The notes beneath the pieces are model-generated. The model worked only from the letters and a program-made list of their open reading frames with translations. It searched no databases and was not told the DNA's origin. A DNA stretch of 63,897 nt, counting the filler. It is 12 parts of 12 records of this genome, joined end to end, with 100 filler letters (N's around TTAATTAATTAA, not from the genome) between each part and the next. Parts side by side here need not be neighbours in the genome. Positions count along the whole stretch, not along the records: positions 44,139 to 47,196 come from SRR15195285_3224; positions 47,297 to 52,827 come from SRR15195285_3225; positions 52,928 to 56,995 come from SRR15195285_3227; 9 more parts are not named here. One strand, written 5' to 3'. The position numbers were made by a program, and so were the translations under genes. Shown here one piece after another: positions 44,517 to 55,519 of this stretch (the stretch's first letter is position 1; each line of letters opens with the position of its first letter).

Positions 44517-45536
44517 ATGTGGCGGGCTGTGCACTGGGTGAGCGACGACCCTGGTGGATCGGACAGCGGCTGCGCTGGTGGATTCTCACGTGATGCCGCG
44601 GTTGCGATCGAAAAGCCAGACGGTGGTGGAGTCTTCGGCACAAACACGCCAAACGTCATCAAGGTGGAGAAGGGCTGGCGAATGTACTATACGCTGATTG
44701 GACCGACACCTGAGAACCCGCTCGGCTGTAACGATTACACCTCTGCCACCAGTGAGATTCGCAGCGCGTTCAGCAGCGACGGGCACCATTGGGCAGCCGA
44801 AGATGGTGTTCGCTTGGCCCCACACACTGGCGGGGCGGAGCTTCGAGTGGTCTCCCCAGACGTGGTGCCGCTGGATGATAACGGTCAACGATACCGCATG
44901 TACTATGAAGGCGTTGCGGAGGCTGGAGACGAAGCCAGACACGACGCAGGTATTCGCTCAGCGATAAGCGTAGATGGTGGACTACAGTTCGCCCCCGAGC
45001 CTGGCTGGCGGTTCAAACCATCAGGCGCAGGTTCTGTCAACTCGCCTCGAGTTCTACCGCTGCGAGATGGTCTAAGCCATCGAATGTACGCATCATTGAA
45101 CGGCCCTAGTGGCGCCGGGATTATTTCGGCGATATCGACTGACGGTGGGCTGACGTTCGCGATCGAAGATGGAGTGCGGATCGCCAAAGAGACCGCGTAC
45201 GAGCGGCACAGTGTTTTTGCCCCTGAAGTTGTCTGCGTCGGTGATGGTAGCATGTACAGGATGTACTACGCCGCAATCCCGACCCCTGACAGCGCATTTA
45301 TTATGACAGCATCATCCGAAGACGGCCTGCATTGGCGTAAGGAGGAGCTGCCAGTGATTGCTCCAGGTGGGCAATGGGACCGTGTGAAGGCGTCGGAAAT
45401 GTGTTTGATGGAGTTGCCAGAAGGTAAGGGCTTCAGAATTCTCTACGAAGCCTGTGATGGCAGCTCGGAAGGCAAGCGAGGAATTTGGCGGGTTGCCACA
45501 GCGACGGCGTGGCTATCATCTGCGCCTAAACTGTAA
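44517..45536 (+). CDS. Five-bladed beta-propeller glycosidase-like protein (GH32/43/68/117-type fold), intronless
   Basis: Repeated blades xPxVV...(W/Y)RMYY...I.SA.S.DG..(W/F)..E.G.R; complete 339-aa ORF. Confidence 0.7.
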   Translation: MWRAVHWVSDDPGGSDSGCAGGFSRDAAVAIEKPDGGGVFGTNTPNVIKVEKGWRMYYTLIGPTPENPLGCNDYTSATSEIRSAFSSDGHHWAAEDGVRLAPHTGGAELRVVSPDVVPLDDNGQRYRMYYEGVAEAGDEARHDAGIRSAISVDGGLQFAPEPGWRFKPSGAGSVNSPRVLPLRDGLSHRMYASLNGPSGAGIISAISTDGGLTFAIEDGVRIAKETAYERHSVFAPEVVCVGDGSMYRMYYAAIPTPDSAFIMTASSEDGLHWRKEELPVIAPGGQWDRVKASEMCLMELPEGKGFRILYEACDGSSEGKRGIWRVATATAWLSSAPKL

Positions 45537-45708
45537 ACAGTGATGTGACTCCTGGTGACCTTGTAAGAGTTCCGTTTTGTTTGCAATCATTGTGTTGATC
45601 GTGTCTCACGCCCGGCCCGAAACCATGTTCGCAAGACTCAGTCGAAGGAAACTTTGACTGGGTTCATTACACACGCACGTGCACTCGCATATACACACGT
45701 GCAACTTT

Positions 45709-47070
45709 CTAGAAGTCTTTCTCATCGCACGTAGCCCGCAGCGTAGCACCAAGCGGCCAATCGAGACCAACACCGTTGATCGCCTCTGCCCAATGCAGTG
45801 GCGTTCGTGTCTTGTCGATCCCGTAGCCGTGGTGCAACAGCACGGTGAAGTACATCGACGAGAAGCAGTAGTTGGCTAGAAACTGCGGCGGTGTGTTTGG
45901 ATAGGCCATCTGGGCCGCCAACCAGTCCAGCGCACAGAACTCTTTACCCGCGTCTTCCAGCTGCCTTAGCGTCGCGGTCTCTGGAAGCCCGAAGAATTCG
46001 GCAGTGAAGAAAAACGCACTGATCTGAAAAAACGACTTTTTCAAGACGAGCCCGCCTTCGGTGAGGTCAGGCTGGTAGACTCCATCAAATGAGCACGGAG
46101 GGAGCGGACAAGGGGCTTCAGTATTGATCAGGGAGCGGCGAATCGCCGCTTTGCAACCCTCAGCATCACCACCACCCTCCAGCAGCACTTCCTCCCCACC
46201 CGGCCCGACCGGCCGAGAGACACTGTAGTCAACGAGCAGGCAAGGGTCGGTAACCTGTCGCGCCTGCACCTGGTCGGGGGCAGCGAGATAGCGCTGCAAG
46301 GAGTCCTGCGCCTCAGTTGCTCCAAGGCCTAGAAAGGAATGAACGTAAAGCTCGATCGGTTCCACGCCCTCGAATGCGATGGGAAACGCCCCTGCTTTGA
46401 GGTCTGTTCCCTCAAGTGGCTTGAACGCAATCTGTGTCGAGGCCCCGCCCATGCCGAGGACACCCGCAGGCGCCTCGCGTACTGAGACAGTGCTAGGAGA
46501 ATGACCGAGGGCTCCACGCAAATAGTTCACTGACGTCCACTCGTTGGCGCCCTCAGCTGAGCCACTGATCACGCTCGTCTCCTCCGGCCGTGCCTCGAAA
46601 GGGGAGCCTTTGAACACGTCGCGGACAGCCTCGAGAAGGGCCGTTTGCTGGTCCTCGGGGAGCAGCCGCATGCCGGCGGTTGCCTGCAAGTATATCGGCG
46701 TGGTTGCCTGTACAGCCTCGGGCACCACTGATTGGGCGAACTCAACGAGAGGCGCAAGGTAGGCCGGTACGCCACTGATGTTTCCTGGCGCCAAGAAGCT
46801 CAGGCCTGGCGTGATCTGCTCCCCCTGGCCGATTTCAACCACTAGCTGCTTGGCCAGACGGGACGCACAGTCTGAGGTCGACGGCCACCCGTAAACGTGT
46901 ACCCGCGTCCCACTGCTCCCAGCGTCCATCATGATCGCAAACTTGTCGTCAGCCAGCTCCACGTCCCGATGCAGGCGCGCCCGCAGGGGCAGGGCGTTGG
47001 CTGGGCCTGAGAGAAAGAGAAGAAGAGCCCATACACATATGAACCCCGCCGAACGCCCCGGCGACCCCAT
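45709..47070 (-). CDS. GDA1/CD39 family apyrase (NTPDase), N-terminal signal, no C-terminal TM
   Basis: ACR1 DAGSSGTR, ACR2 ATAGMRLL, ACR3 GSAEG..EW.SVNY, ACR4 GMGGASTQ, ACR5 DWPLG; CSFDGVYQP; hydrophobic N-terminus after ATG 47070. Confidence 0.92.
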   Translation of the reverse strand: MGSPGRSAGFICVWALLLFLSGPANALPLRARLHRDVELADDKFAIMMDAGSSGTRVHVYGWPSTSDCASRLAKQLVVEIGQGEQITPGLSFLAPGNISGVPAYLAPLVEFAQSVVPEAVQATTPIYLQATAGMRLLPEDQQTALLEAVRDVFKGSPFEARPEETSVISGSAEGANEWTSVNYLRGALGHSPSTVSVREAPAGVLGMGGASTQIAFKPLEGTDLKAGAFPIAFEGVEPIELYVHSFLGLGATEAQDSLQRYLAAPDQVQARQVTDPCLLVDYSVSRPVGPGGEEVLLEGGGDAEGCKAAIRRSLINTEAPCPLPPCSFDGVYQPDLTEGGLVLKKSFFQISAFFFTAEFFGLPETATLRQLEDAGKEFCALDWLAAQMAYPNTPPQFLANYCFSSMYFTVLLHHGYGIDKTRTPLHWAEAINGVGLDWPLGATLRATCDEKDF

Positions 47071-47298
47071 CTCGGACGGCGCTGGACAGACACTTCGGCG
47101 ATTCACATGCCCTCACGCGTGGTTCCCCGCCGAAATGCCTCTCTGTAGAGGCATTCTGACTCTCCGGAGGCGGCAAAATAGTGCCCAGGATGGCCCNNNN
47201 NNNNNNNNNNNNNNNNNNNNNNNNNNNNNNNNNNNNNNNNTTAATTAATTAANNNNNNNNNNNNNNNNNNNNNNNNNNNNNNNNNNNNNNNNNNNNGC

Positions 47299-50200
47299 GG
47301 CGGCGGCGGCGGCGGCGGCGGCGGCGTAGGAAGCAGCAGCGGCAAGATTAGTGTCTTCAGCACCAGAGCTGAGACAACGTTCGGGGCATGTGCCCTGGTG
47401 CTCTCACCAGATCACCCGCTTATCCTTGGAGACATCGTTGGCGAGGTTGGGTCAGAGGCGTGCAGCACCGAGGTGTTTCTCGCTGCCGACCAGCGTGATG
47501 AGGTCATATCTTTCTGTGCGGAAGCAGCGGCGGCACGGAGGGCAGGCAGTGGCAGTGCGAGAACAGCTAACGGAGATGCACCCGAACCTCGAGGTGTATG
47601 GACCGGGCGCTGGGCCACCAACCCAGTGTCTGGGCAGGCGGTCAGCGTTTGGGTTGGCGATTACGTGCTGATGGGGTTTGGTGCGGGCACGCACAGCAAC
47701 AATATGGCTTGCTTTGGACAAGTTTTCATTGCGTTTGGAATGGTAGGTACCGGCGCGGTGATGTGTGTGCCGGCTCACGACACGCGCGACCACGCATTTG
47801 CAGCTGCAAACGAGCTGCCCGTGGTACCAATCGTGATGCCAGACCCTGCCATGGACGACGGTGAGCGAGAGACCGTCAATACCTGAGGACCAATTTGAAT
47901 GGTGACAGATATTGAATTGTATTGCATTGTCCGATTGCGTGCAGCGGAGGCCGAAGCACTATTAGATGCTGGGTACGATCATGACGCGGGATGCTACACC
48001 GGACAGGGTGTGATGCGTTATATTGACAGCTCAGGGTGGGTTGCGGCATCGAAACTGCAGAAAGAGTTGGCAGAAAAGCTGCCAGGGGTACCAACAGACG
48101 TTGCACGCGATGCAGTAGTGTCGTGGCTGGAACAGCGTGATCTGGGACGTCAGAGCAATGCCTACAGGCTGCGTGACTGGCTCTTCTCCCGCCAGCGCTA
48201 CTGGGGAGAACCGTTTCCAGTAGTGTAACTGTCTGCTCAATTGCCACTATCGATGGCCCCGTTTGTATTTTGAAGCGAGAAGCCGCACCTTCTCAAGTCT
48301 TCGCAGCTAGCTTTGGCTCGTTGCCTCAATCAATCAGCCTCGCTGCGGAACAGGTATGATACAGAGGACCCGATTGGCACGCCACTACCGCTTGATGATA
48401 GTGCACTACCAGTTGTCCTGCCGGAGATGAGCTCGTATGCACCTGCAGGGGACGGGCAGCCACCACTTGCCTCTGCTAGCTCGGTATGGCTCTTTCTCCC
48501 GCATCAAACGCTGTGTTGTGTCAGACCAAGACTCGATCACGTAAAGAGATTCTTTTTGCTGTGGTAGGACTGGCTGGAGTATACCTGCAAGGAGACTGGC
48601 CGCCAGTTGCGACGCGAGACGTTGACAATGCCGCAGTGGGCAGGCTCGTGCTGGTACTACCTGCGCTTCGCCGATCCAACAAACAGTAACCGGCTGATCG
48701 GAACGGACGAAGAGAGGTGACTACGCTTTCTCAAATCAACATCATCTCATCGGATTGCGTGGCTGCTTGGTCTTGATGTTCAATCCTCGTACCTAAGGAC
48801 GCAGAGCAGGCTGATGGCTCGGCCAGCGCGCTGACTGGTCAATGGCGTTCGTGCTTGCCAGGTACTGGCTACCGGTTGACCTGTATGTCGGCGGAGGAGA
48901 GCATGCGACGCTTCACCTGCTGTATGCACGTTTCTGGCACAAGGCACTGCACGACATTGGTGTGGTAACGGGCACAGAACCCTTTCGAAAGCTCGTACGT
49001 GCTATGATTTTGTCTATCTCATCGCTCATGTGGTGATGGTACTCTGGATCTGTGTCAGTAAGCCGATTTGATTTCGTAAAGGGTTTGCCTGACGTGTCAT
49101 TACTTGATTCTGTTGGCCGTTGAGTGAATGCAGGTCTGTCAGGGGATGATCCTGGGACCCACGGAGTATACTGGTTTTCAGCGGGATGGCACCGGTCAGT
49201 GGGTCAGCGCGCACGAACTGTCAGAACTTTCTGCAGAGGAACGGGCCAGTGTGCGTCGGGTAAAAGTAGATGAAGCGGATGTTGTGAAAGCTCCCACTGG
49301 CGGTCGTGGTAGTGCTGGTCGGTTTGAACTGGTGGCAGCTCCAGGGGTGTCTGTCGAGGCAGCAGCGCACAAGATGAGCAAGTCGCGTGGCAATGTTGTC
49401 AACCCGAACACTGTGATTGACGAGTTTGGAGCAGATTCCCTGCGGCTGTACATTATGTTCATGGGTCCTGTCGACGCCGTCAAGCCGTGGGACACGTCCC
49501 GGGTCTCTGGCGTGCATCGGTGCGCCCCAAACGCATCTCTCTGTCGCGCCAGTGTAACCGAGAAAATATGTCCTCTTCGGTGTGGTAGGTTTCTCTCGCG
49601 AGTCTGGCGGTTATTCGAGCGGCACATGGACGGGAATGCAAAGGAGGAGATGAATGTGGAGCAGCATACAGAACTGTACAAGTGCGCAGAAAGAGTCACC
49701 GCTGAGCTAGAGGCCATGCGTTACAACACTGCGGTGAGTAGGAAGCACATGCAGGATCACACTGGCGTAGGATGCTATTCATTTATGATCGCCTGTGACC
49801 GGCGCAGATTTCGACTATGATGTCGTTTGTCAACACGGCTAGCAAGTGGGACAGCTTTCCGCTTGAAGGTCGCCGAATATTCACGCTGCTGCTTGCACCC
49901 TTCGCTCCCCACCTTGCCGAGGAGCTATGGCAAACACAGGTCAGTCAAGCGAAGGATTTAATCTGGTCTCGCTCCCCCTGTACATTAATAGCCACTACAG
50001 AACCTGAAGGTGCGCGCGAACGTTCTTCTGCACAGGTCGCGGTTGGAGAAGGCTCCGTTTCGTTGGCAGCGTGGCCGGAGGTGCAAGCTCCAGCTGCGGC
50101 TGAGGAAGAGTACTTAGCCGTGGCAGTGCAGTTCAATGGCAAGACTAGGGGCGTGCTGGAGCTTCCGTCGTCGCAGGCACAGGACGAGGCAGCGGTTCTG

Positions 50201-50353
50201 ACGGCTCTGCGCGGCGACGAGAAATTCTGTGAGATGAAGCTCGAGGAGGGCGCAGTGAAGACTGTATTTGTCGGCGGACGGGTGCTCAATTTTGTGCACC
50301 CCAAGGCCAACAAGAAGCACCAGAAGAAGAAGCCAGCGAGCGATCAGCAGTAG
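47299..50353 (+). CDS. leuS: Leucyl-tRNA synthetase, bacterial/organellar type, multi-exon, 5'-truncated
   Basis: [44 protein letters not shown] (intron 47681-47746), [91 protein letters not shown]; stop TAG 50353. Confidence 0.96.
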
Positions 50354-50368
50354 TGGAACCGTATTGAA

Positions 50369-51058
50369 TGGACTAGCAACACCCCGCTGGCACCGAGGTT
50401 CGCACACGAGGAGGGAGGGGATGCGACAGCCCCAGGACGCCAAGTATCGCAAGAGCGCGCGCACGGCAGGCACTGTCCTAGCAGGTGTAGGTATGTGATG
50501 GTGTTTGTACTGTGTACAGAACCTCCTTCTATAAAAGGACCTTCGAATGCATCAAATTATTATTGATCGCGGACGTTTTGCGGCAGCTCGCCATGGTTCG
50601 TGGATCACGTAATTTATGTCGGCCGTTGCGGATGCGAAAGTAAAGCCCACGTCGACACTGTTTACTATTATGCTGCGGGTTTGGCGTGACGTTGTTGTCG
50701 ACATCCGATGCACACCATGACTCGACGGTCACACGCGTAGCATCAAATGCAAAGCCATTTGCGGTGACACTGGCCGGACGCGTCACAGCAACGCTCCCGT
50801 TGATCCAGGGACGGTGCAGCGTTGGCGTGGTCGTGGAGTGGAGTAGCAACTATCGGCTGGCACAAGCAAGGTACGCGCGCGAGGAGATGCGACAGCCCCG
50901 GGACACCGCAGAGCTCGCACGAGCGCGCACGCGCGCGGCAAGCACTATCAATGCGGGTGTAGGCATTTGCTGGCGTTAGTACTGTGCACAACAGGCTTCT
51001 ACGCAAGGACCTTCGAACGCACCACAGAATGATTACAGACGCTTCGCGCCAGCTGTGC
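50369..51058. repeat. Diverged ~220-bp direct repeat (copies ~50369-50590 and ~50839-51058)
   Basis: Shared blocks TGGA.TAGCAAC, GCTGGCAC, GATGCGACAGCCCC.GGAC, GGTGTAGG, GTACTGTG, AAGGACCTTCGAA at a near-constant ~470-bp offset. Confidence 0.85.
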
Positions 51059-51326
51059 TCCTCTGTCACTGGCCCAGACTACGGCCTTGCACGTTCAATC
51101 GGAGACAGCGGCTGCAGCGGCAGCGGCCAGGCACACGCAAGGATGCCTAGCGATGGGCTCGGAAACCTCCCAGTTCATTGAAGTTTGCTCCAACGCTGTC
51201 TGCAAGCTGACATCTAATTGAGATACGAAAGCTGCCGGTCTCCGAATTGCCACGCGGGCGCCGGACCGACTGCGGCCCTGCGGCCCACCGCCTGCATCAT
51301 CCCTCGCGGCGGCGTGCCACGACTAC

Positions 51327-52002
51327 TTAGCGCTCCATGTCGGCGACCGGCGCTCCGTCGGTCCCTGGGTTCGCCACCGGCGCATCTCCTCCCACTGCGC
51401 CCGGCGAAACGAACTCCTTCGGCGGCTCCTTCAGGATACCCGCGCCACTCTCGCCGACGCACTGGATGAAGCAGATCGTGCACATTAGGCTCGGGACGAA
51501 GCCCTCTTTGAACGGGAACGACGCGGCAGACTTGATGCACAGGCACTCCCCGGTGCTAGCGGAGCACACGGACGGCTTGATGAGCCCATAAGTGCAGCAC
51601 GGCAGCGCGCACTTCACGATCGCCGCGGGGTCGTCCTTGACCATGCCGACGCCGAAGCCTTTCTTCCCCGCGGCCTGACGCCCAGCGAGTTTCATATCCC
51701 ATGTGAGATTCATATGTCTGGATGGTGAGAACGTAGTACGGCTGTCGCTCGAGCACGTGCGCGCACGAAGCCGTACGCACGCCGCACGCAGCGAGACAGA
51801 GGCAGAAAGCAGAAGGCAGAAGGCAGAAGGCAGAAGGCAAGGCAGCGAGTGCGCGTGGGGAGGCCGTCCTCACCAAGCAGACCTGCTGCTCAATGCAGAG
51901 GCAGGTGCCGTTCGACGCGCAGCCCGGCACGATGTCCGTCGTGAACGCCGTGTACACGCAGCACACCGCGCTGTACACGCACTCCTTGCCGCCCTTGCCC
52001 AT
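51327..52002 (-). CDS. Small Cys-rich hypothetical protein (158 aa, 2 exons)
   Basis: Exon 1 52002-51874 (MGKGGKECVYSAVCC...CLCIEQQVCL); intron 51675-51873 (GTGAGG...TCAG, contains a GCAGAAG heptamer array); exon 2 51674-51327 in frame (PCC...CLCIKSAASFP...CTICFIQC). GC3-rich codons. Confidence 0.75.
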
Positions 52003-52430
52003 CTTCGCGACAACCCTCTGCTCCTCAATGCAGCCCCGACAACAGACAGACAACGAATAACAACGAATTCCCGCTTGCTAAATCCCCATGCTAAATCCCC
52101 GTAATTCCCCAATTGTTTTAAATCACGTTAGGTTCATTGAATAGGTGAATCAATTACCGTGGAAGGCGGGAAATTCGGGGTGGGCGGGTGAGCGGATGGG
52201 TGAGAACACGCGATACCAGTTGAGGGTTCTGACGGGGCGGATCGTCATGCAGATCTTGCAAACAAACAGTTGATAAACGATATTCAAATCATATGACGTT
52301 ACCTGTGCAAAATATGTAATATTATGCGAATATGGATCCGAGATAGTGCATGCCGAGTCGCCAGCTGGCCGAGTCGCCAGCAATCCGGGAACTGCATTAT
52401 TTCAATGGGAGCATTCATATAAATCATAGT

Positions 52431-52541
52431 ATGAATCTTGACGGCAACAAAAAAGCTGTGTTTTGGCCACAGCGCACATGCCGGTCCCGTGGTGAATCTT
52501 GACGCAACAAAAGCGAAAAGTTGTGTTTCGGCCACAGCGCA
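52431..52541. repeat. Imperfect ~50-bp tandem duplication
   Basis: TGAATCTTGACG(G)CAACAAAA...G(C/T)TGTGTTT(T/C)GGCCACAGCGCAC occurs twice about 62 bp apart; GCCGAGTCGCCAG is also duplicated at ~52352-52380. Confidence 0.8.
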
Positions 52542-53231
52542 CGCACAGGTCAAGCAAGGTCAGGATGGTTAATTGGTTTTGGAAGAAGTCCCGCGGTGTT
52601 TGGCGCACCCGAATGAATACGCTGTCCTCATCGAAATTGAGACCCGGCCGCCCGGGGGCGAACCCCCAGTTCGCCGCGGGGGCACACCTCTTTCTGGACG
52701 TGAACAACGCATTTTTCTCAGGAACGCATTTCTCAGCATCGACTGTCACCCCCGCAGGACATGCCGCAGGAATCCCAACAATAGCCCCCCCAACCTCGGC
52801 AACGGAACGAAACCAAATAAAATAAAANNNNNNNNNNNNNNNNNNNNNNNNNNNNNNNNNNNNNNNNNNNNTTAATTAATTAANNNNNNNNNNNNNNNNN
52901 NNNNNNNNNNNNNNNNNNNNNNNNNNNGCGGCGGCGGCGGCGGCGGCGGTGGCGGTGCAGTCTGCGCGCTAAGTCGTACTTATTTTCTGTGCATGTTTGA
53001 CTTTTTCATACTGCATGCATAATCCCAATCTAACTCCTCCGTTGATCGTTCGAGTTTTCAGTGTCCTGCTGCAGTTCCTCTAGTACGCGTACGATACCCC
53101 GCTCGCGCACGCAGGTTGCATTTGCTGATCGCGCTGGTACGGTGGGACGACGACGGAGGAGCGCGAGGGACGGCGCCGGATCGCGCGGACAGCTCTCCCT
53201 ACCGAAGCCGCGTAGCTCCGCAGCGTAGAGA

Positions 53232-54658
53232 ATGCTGCCGCTCATGGCGCTCGGGCTCTTCGCCTGCCACGCTACTTTATACGTACACGCTGCCGCAGCC
53301 AGCCAGCCTGCCCCGCTTGTTGGAGCGATCCGATGGGACGCTAATTTCGATGCACCGGGCATGCCGGCTTTTGAAGACAAGAACTATGGCATCGTCGCAC
53401 GGACAACGACGTAGGTATGCCGTGTACTCTGATGGGTGGTTCTTGGGCTTCTTTGCTGGTTTGCCTGATGCCGAAAGATCTTGTTCACTGAGCAGGTACG
53501 ACTTGAGTGTAGAAAAGTGGCATTATCGAGTGCCGTTCTTCGGCGAGGAGATCAACGAAACCGCAATCGTAGCGAACGGCAACAGCGCAGAAGTGATGGG
53601 CAAGGAGCTGGCGTTTGCAGCCAAGGCTGGCATCAATTTTTGGAGCTTTTGCAATTATCCGATTGGCTGCAAGGACATGCACCCTCCTGATGCCAGCTGC
53701 AACAACATCCAGTGCTGCGCCGACAACGTGGGCTTGAGCTACGCGTGGAATCAGTATCTGGCTCACCCGGATAACCACAAGGTCAATTTTACACTGCTGC
53801 TCCAGCCCGGCTACTGGTTCCCGACCGCGCTCAAAGGCGGCAACGAAACGCTTGCGCAAGAGGTCGCCCGGTACGTCACCTACTTTCGAATGCCCAACTA
53901 CCAGAAAGTCGCCGGGGGTCGCCCGCTGGTGTTCTTGTTCGGCGGCAAAGCCGTAGCATCGGATTTGGACGCCTTGCGACAGGCTTGCAAGGCAGAGCTC
54001 GGGGTACTTCCTTACATAACTTCCATGAGCGGCCAAGCCCTGCCACAGATTGACGCAGTTAGCAAGTACGTCACAACAGGTGGTTCACCGAGTGGTGCCA
54101 CATTCGCGGAAGCGATTCAAGGGCCGGAGGCGAAGCAGTGGGACACTTGGGCTGCAGCAGGAAAGAAAGTCATTCCTACTGTGTCTGCAGGTACGTTGCT
54201 GTTCTTCCATGTGCTTCTAGAATCGGAACGCTAAGGCCATCCGTTGGTAGACCCCAGCCCATGAGAAAGCTATGATTTTCTTTGTATTTTAAACCACTTT
54301 GAACGCGTTGTACGCAGGATGGGACCCGCGCCCACGAGTGACTTATCCATGCACATACGGGAGCGAGAAAAATTGCAGCTGCCCTTGGGGCGGGGCTGGT
54401 GGCGAGAGCTTCACAATTGACCCGACTATGCAGGAGCTCACAGCGCACACAACAGCTGGGTTGGAATGGGTGACCAAGCACAGTGGTGATGCAGCAGAGG
54501 CAAATGCTATGATGCTTTCAGCATGGAATGAACATGACGAGGGTCACTGGATCCAACCCGCGCTGGAGAAATATGGTGGGACGCAGAAGCTCGATGCGAT
54601 CAAAAAGGCGATTGACACGGTCGAGCAGCGTCGCGCATCGTATTGGCAGCAGTTCTAG
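53232..54658 (+). CDS. Secreted glycoside-hydrolase-like TIM-barrel protein (GH99/WbsX-like), 3 exons
   Basis: Signal peptide; VGAIRWDA, AGINFWSF, YQKVAGGRPLVFLF, GWDPRPR, AWNEHDEG. Introns 53411-53495 and 54191-54317 join three ORFs in frame. Confidence 0.75.
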
Positions 54659-54845
54659 CTGCGGATGAGAGGTACATCTTGTGTGGTAGGAGGACGATGG
54701 GACGGCGAGACTAAACATAGCGCAGTGCTGGGAGATGCAAGTCAAGTCGACTTGATGATTCTTCGTTGTTGATAATTGCAGTATCAAGTGCAATGCTGCA
54801 GGCTAGCCACGAGGAGCTTCGGGGCGGGTCCACAGCCCAGCCAAC

Positions 54846-55490
54846 TCAGACCTTGTCCTCCCAGAGCGTACCCATCTTCCACAACACCTCAAGCCCAAGC
54901 AACGTCACCCCCGAAGGACCGTCACAGAACACCTTCACACTCAGTGCATCGTCTGTGAGATACACGCGCGAGGTGACGACTCCACGACCTCCCTGTGTGT
55001 AGGTTTCCAGCGTTGGTGTCAGTGCTGAGGATGGCGAAATTGAGCTCTTTCTGAGCACTTCCAACCGTGGTTCCACCAGCACCCCTTGGAAGGTCACCGC
55101 ATTTCGTGAATCTGGTGCTACCACTTCGAAAAAAGCTGTCCGTCCGTTGCGATCCATCCTCAGAGCAACGTGACGCAAGCCCAGCTCTGACACCCGCAGG
55201 CAAAGGCAGCGCAAAGGTCACGAGGATCTCTGGCTGCATGTCCTAGGCTTCCACCACTGCGGGGACGACAAGCTGCTTTTCGCACCACAGAGTGATTGCA
55301 TCGAAATGCTGGAATTTCGACTTGCGCAGCAACTTTTTCTGTGCTATTGGTGGCGCCATGTGCACTTTGGCAACGGGATCGTAGAAGAAAGGGCGCATCT
55401 ACGGCACTGACCGCGCTGGAGTACCTTCGCTAGCCGGGAAGTCCCCAGTTCACTTGGTTCGACAGGCACAATGATACGACCCGTGGGCGT
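54846..55490 (-). pseudogene. Decayed GH32 (beta-fructosidase-like) C-terminal fragment
   Basis: ETYTQGGRGVVTSRVY...VKVF...LWKMGTLW resembles the GH32 beta-sandwich end. Upstream RPFFYDP...PIAQ..LLR lies in another frame, with in-frame TAG at 55243-55245 and frame changes. Confidence 0.5.
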
Positions 55491-55519
55491 TGGTCGTAGC
55501 TGTCTCTATTGTGCTGCCA

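Noticed and set aside
47347-47800. Loss of editing in LeuRS (FSTRAET instead of FTTRPDT)
   Set aside because: The later Thr, the GTG motif and the AHDxRD aspartates are retained; the changes are too mild to claim anything.
55243-55245. TAG reassignment to explain the in-frame stop in the GH32-like fragment
   Set aside because: TAG terminates intact genes here (19203, 50353, 54658), and the fragment also has frame changes.
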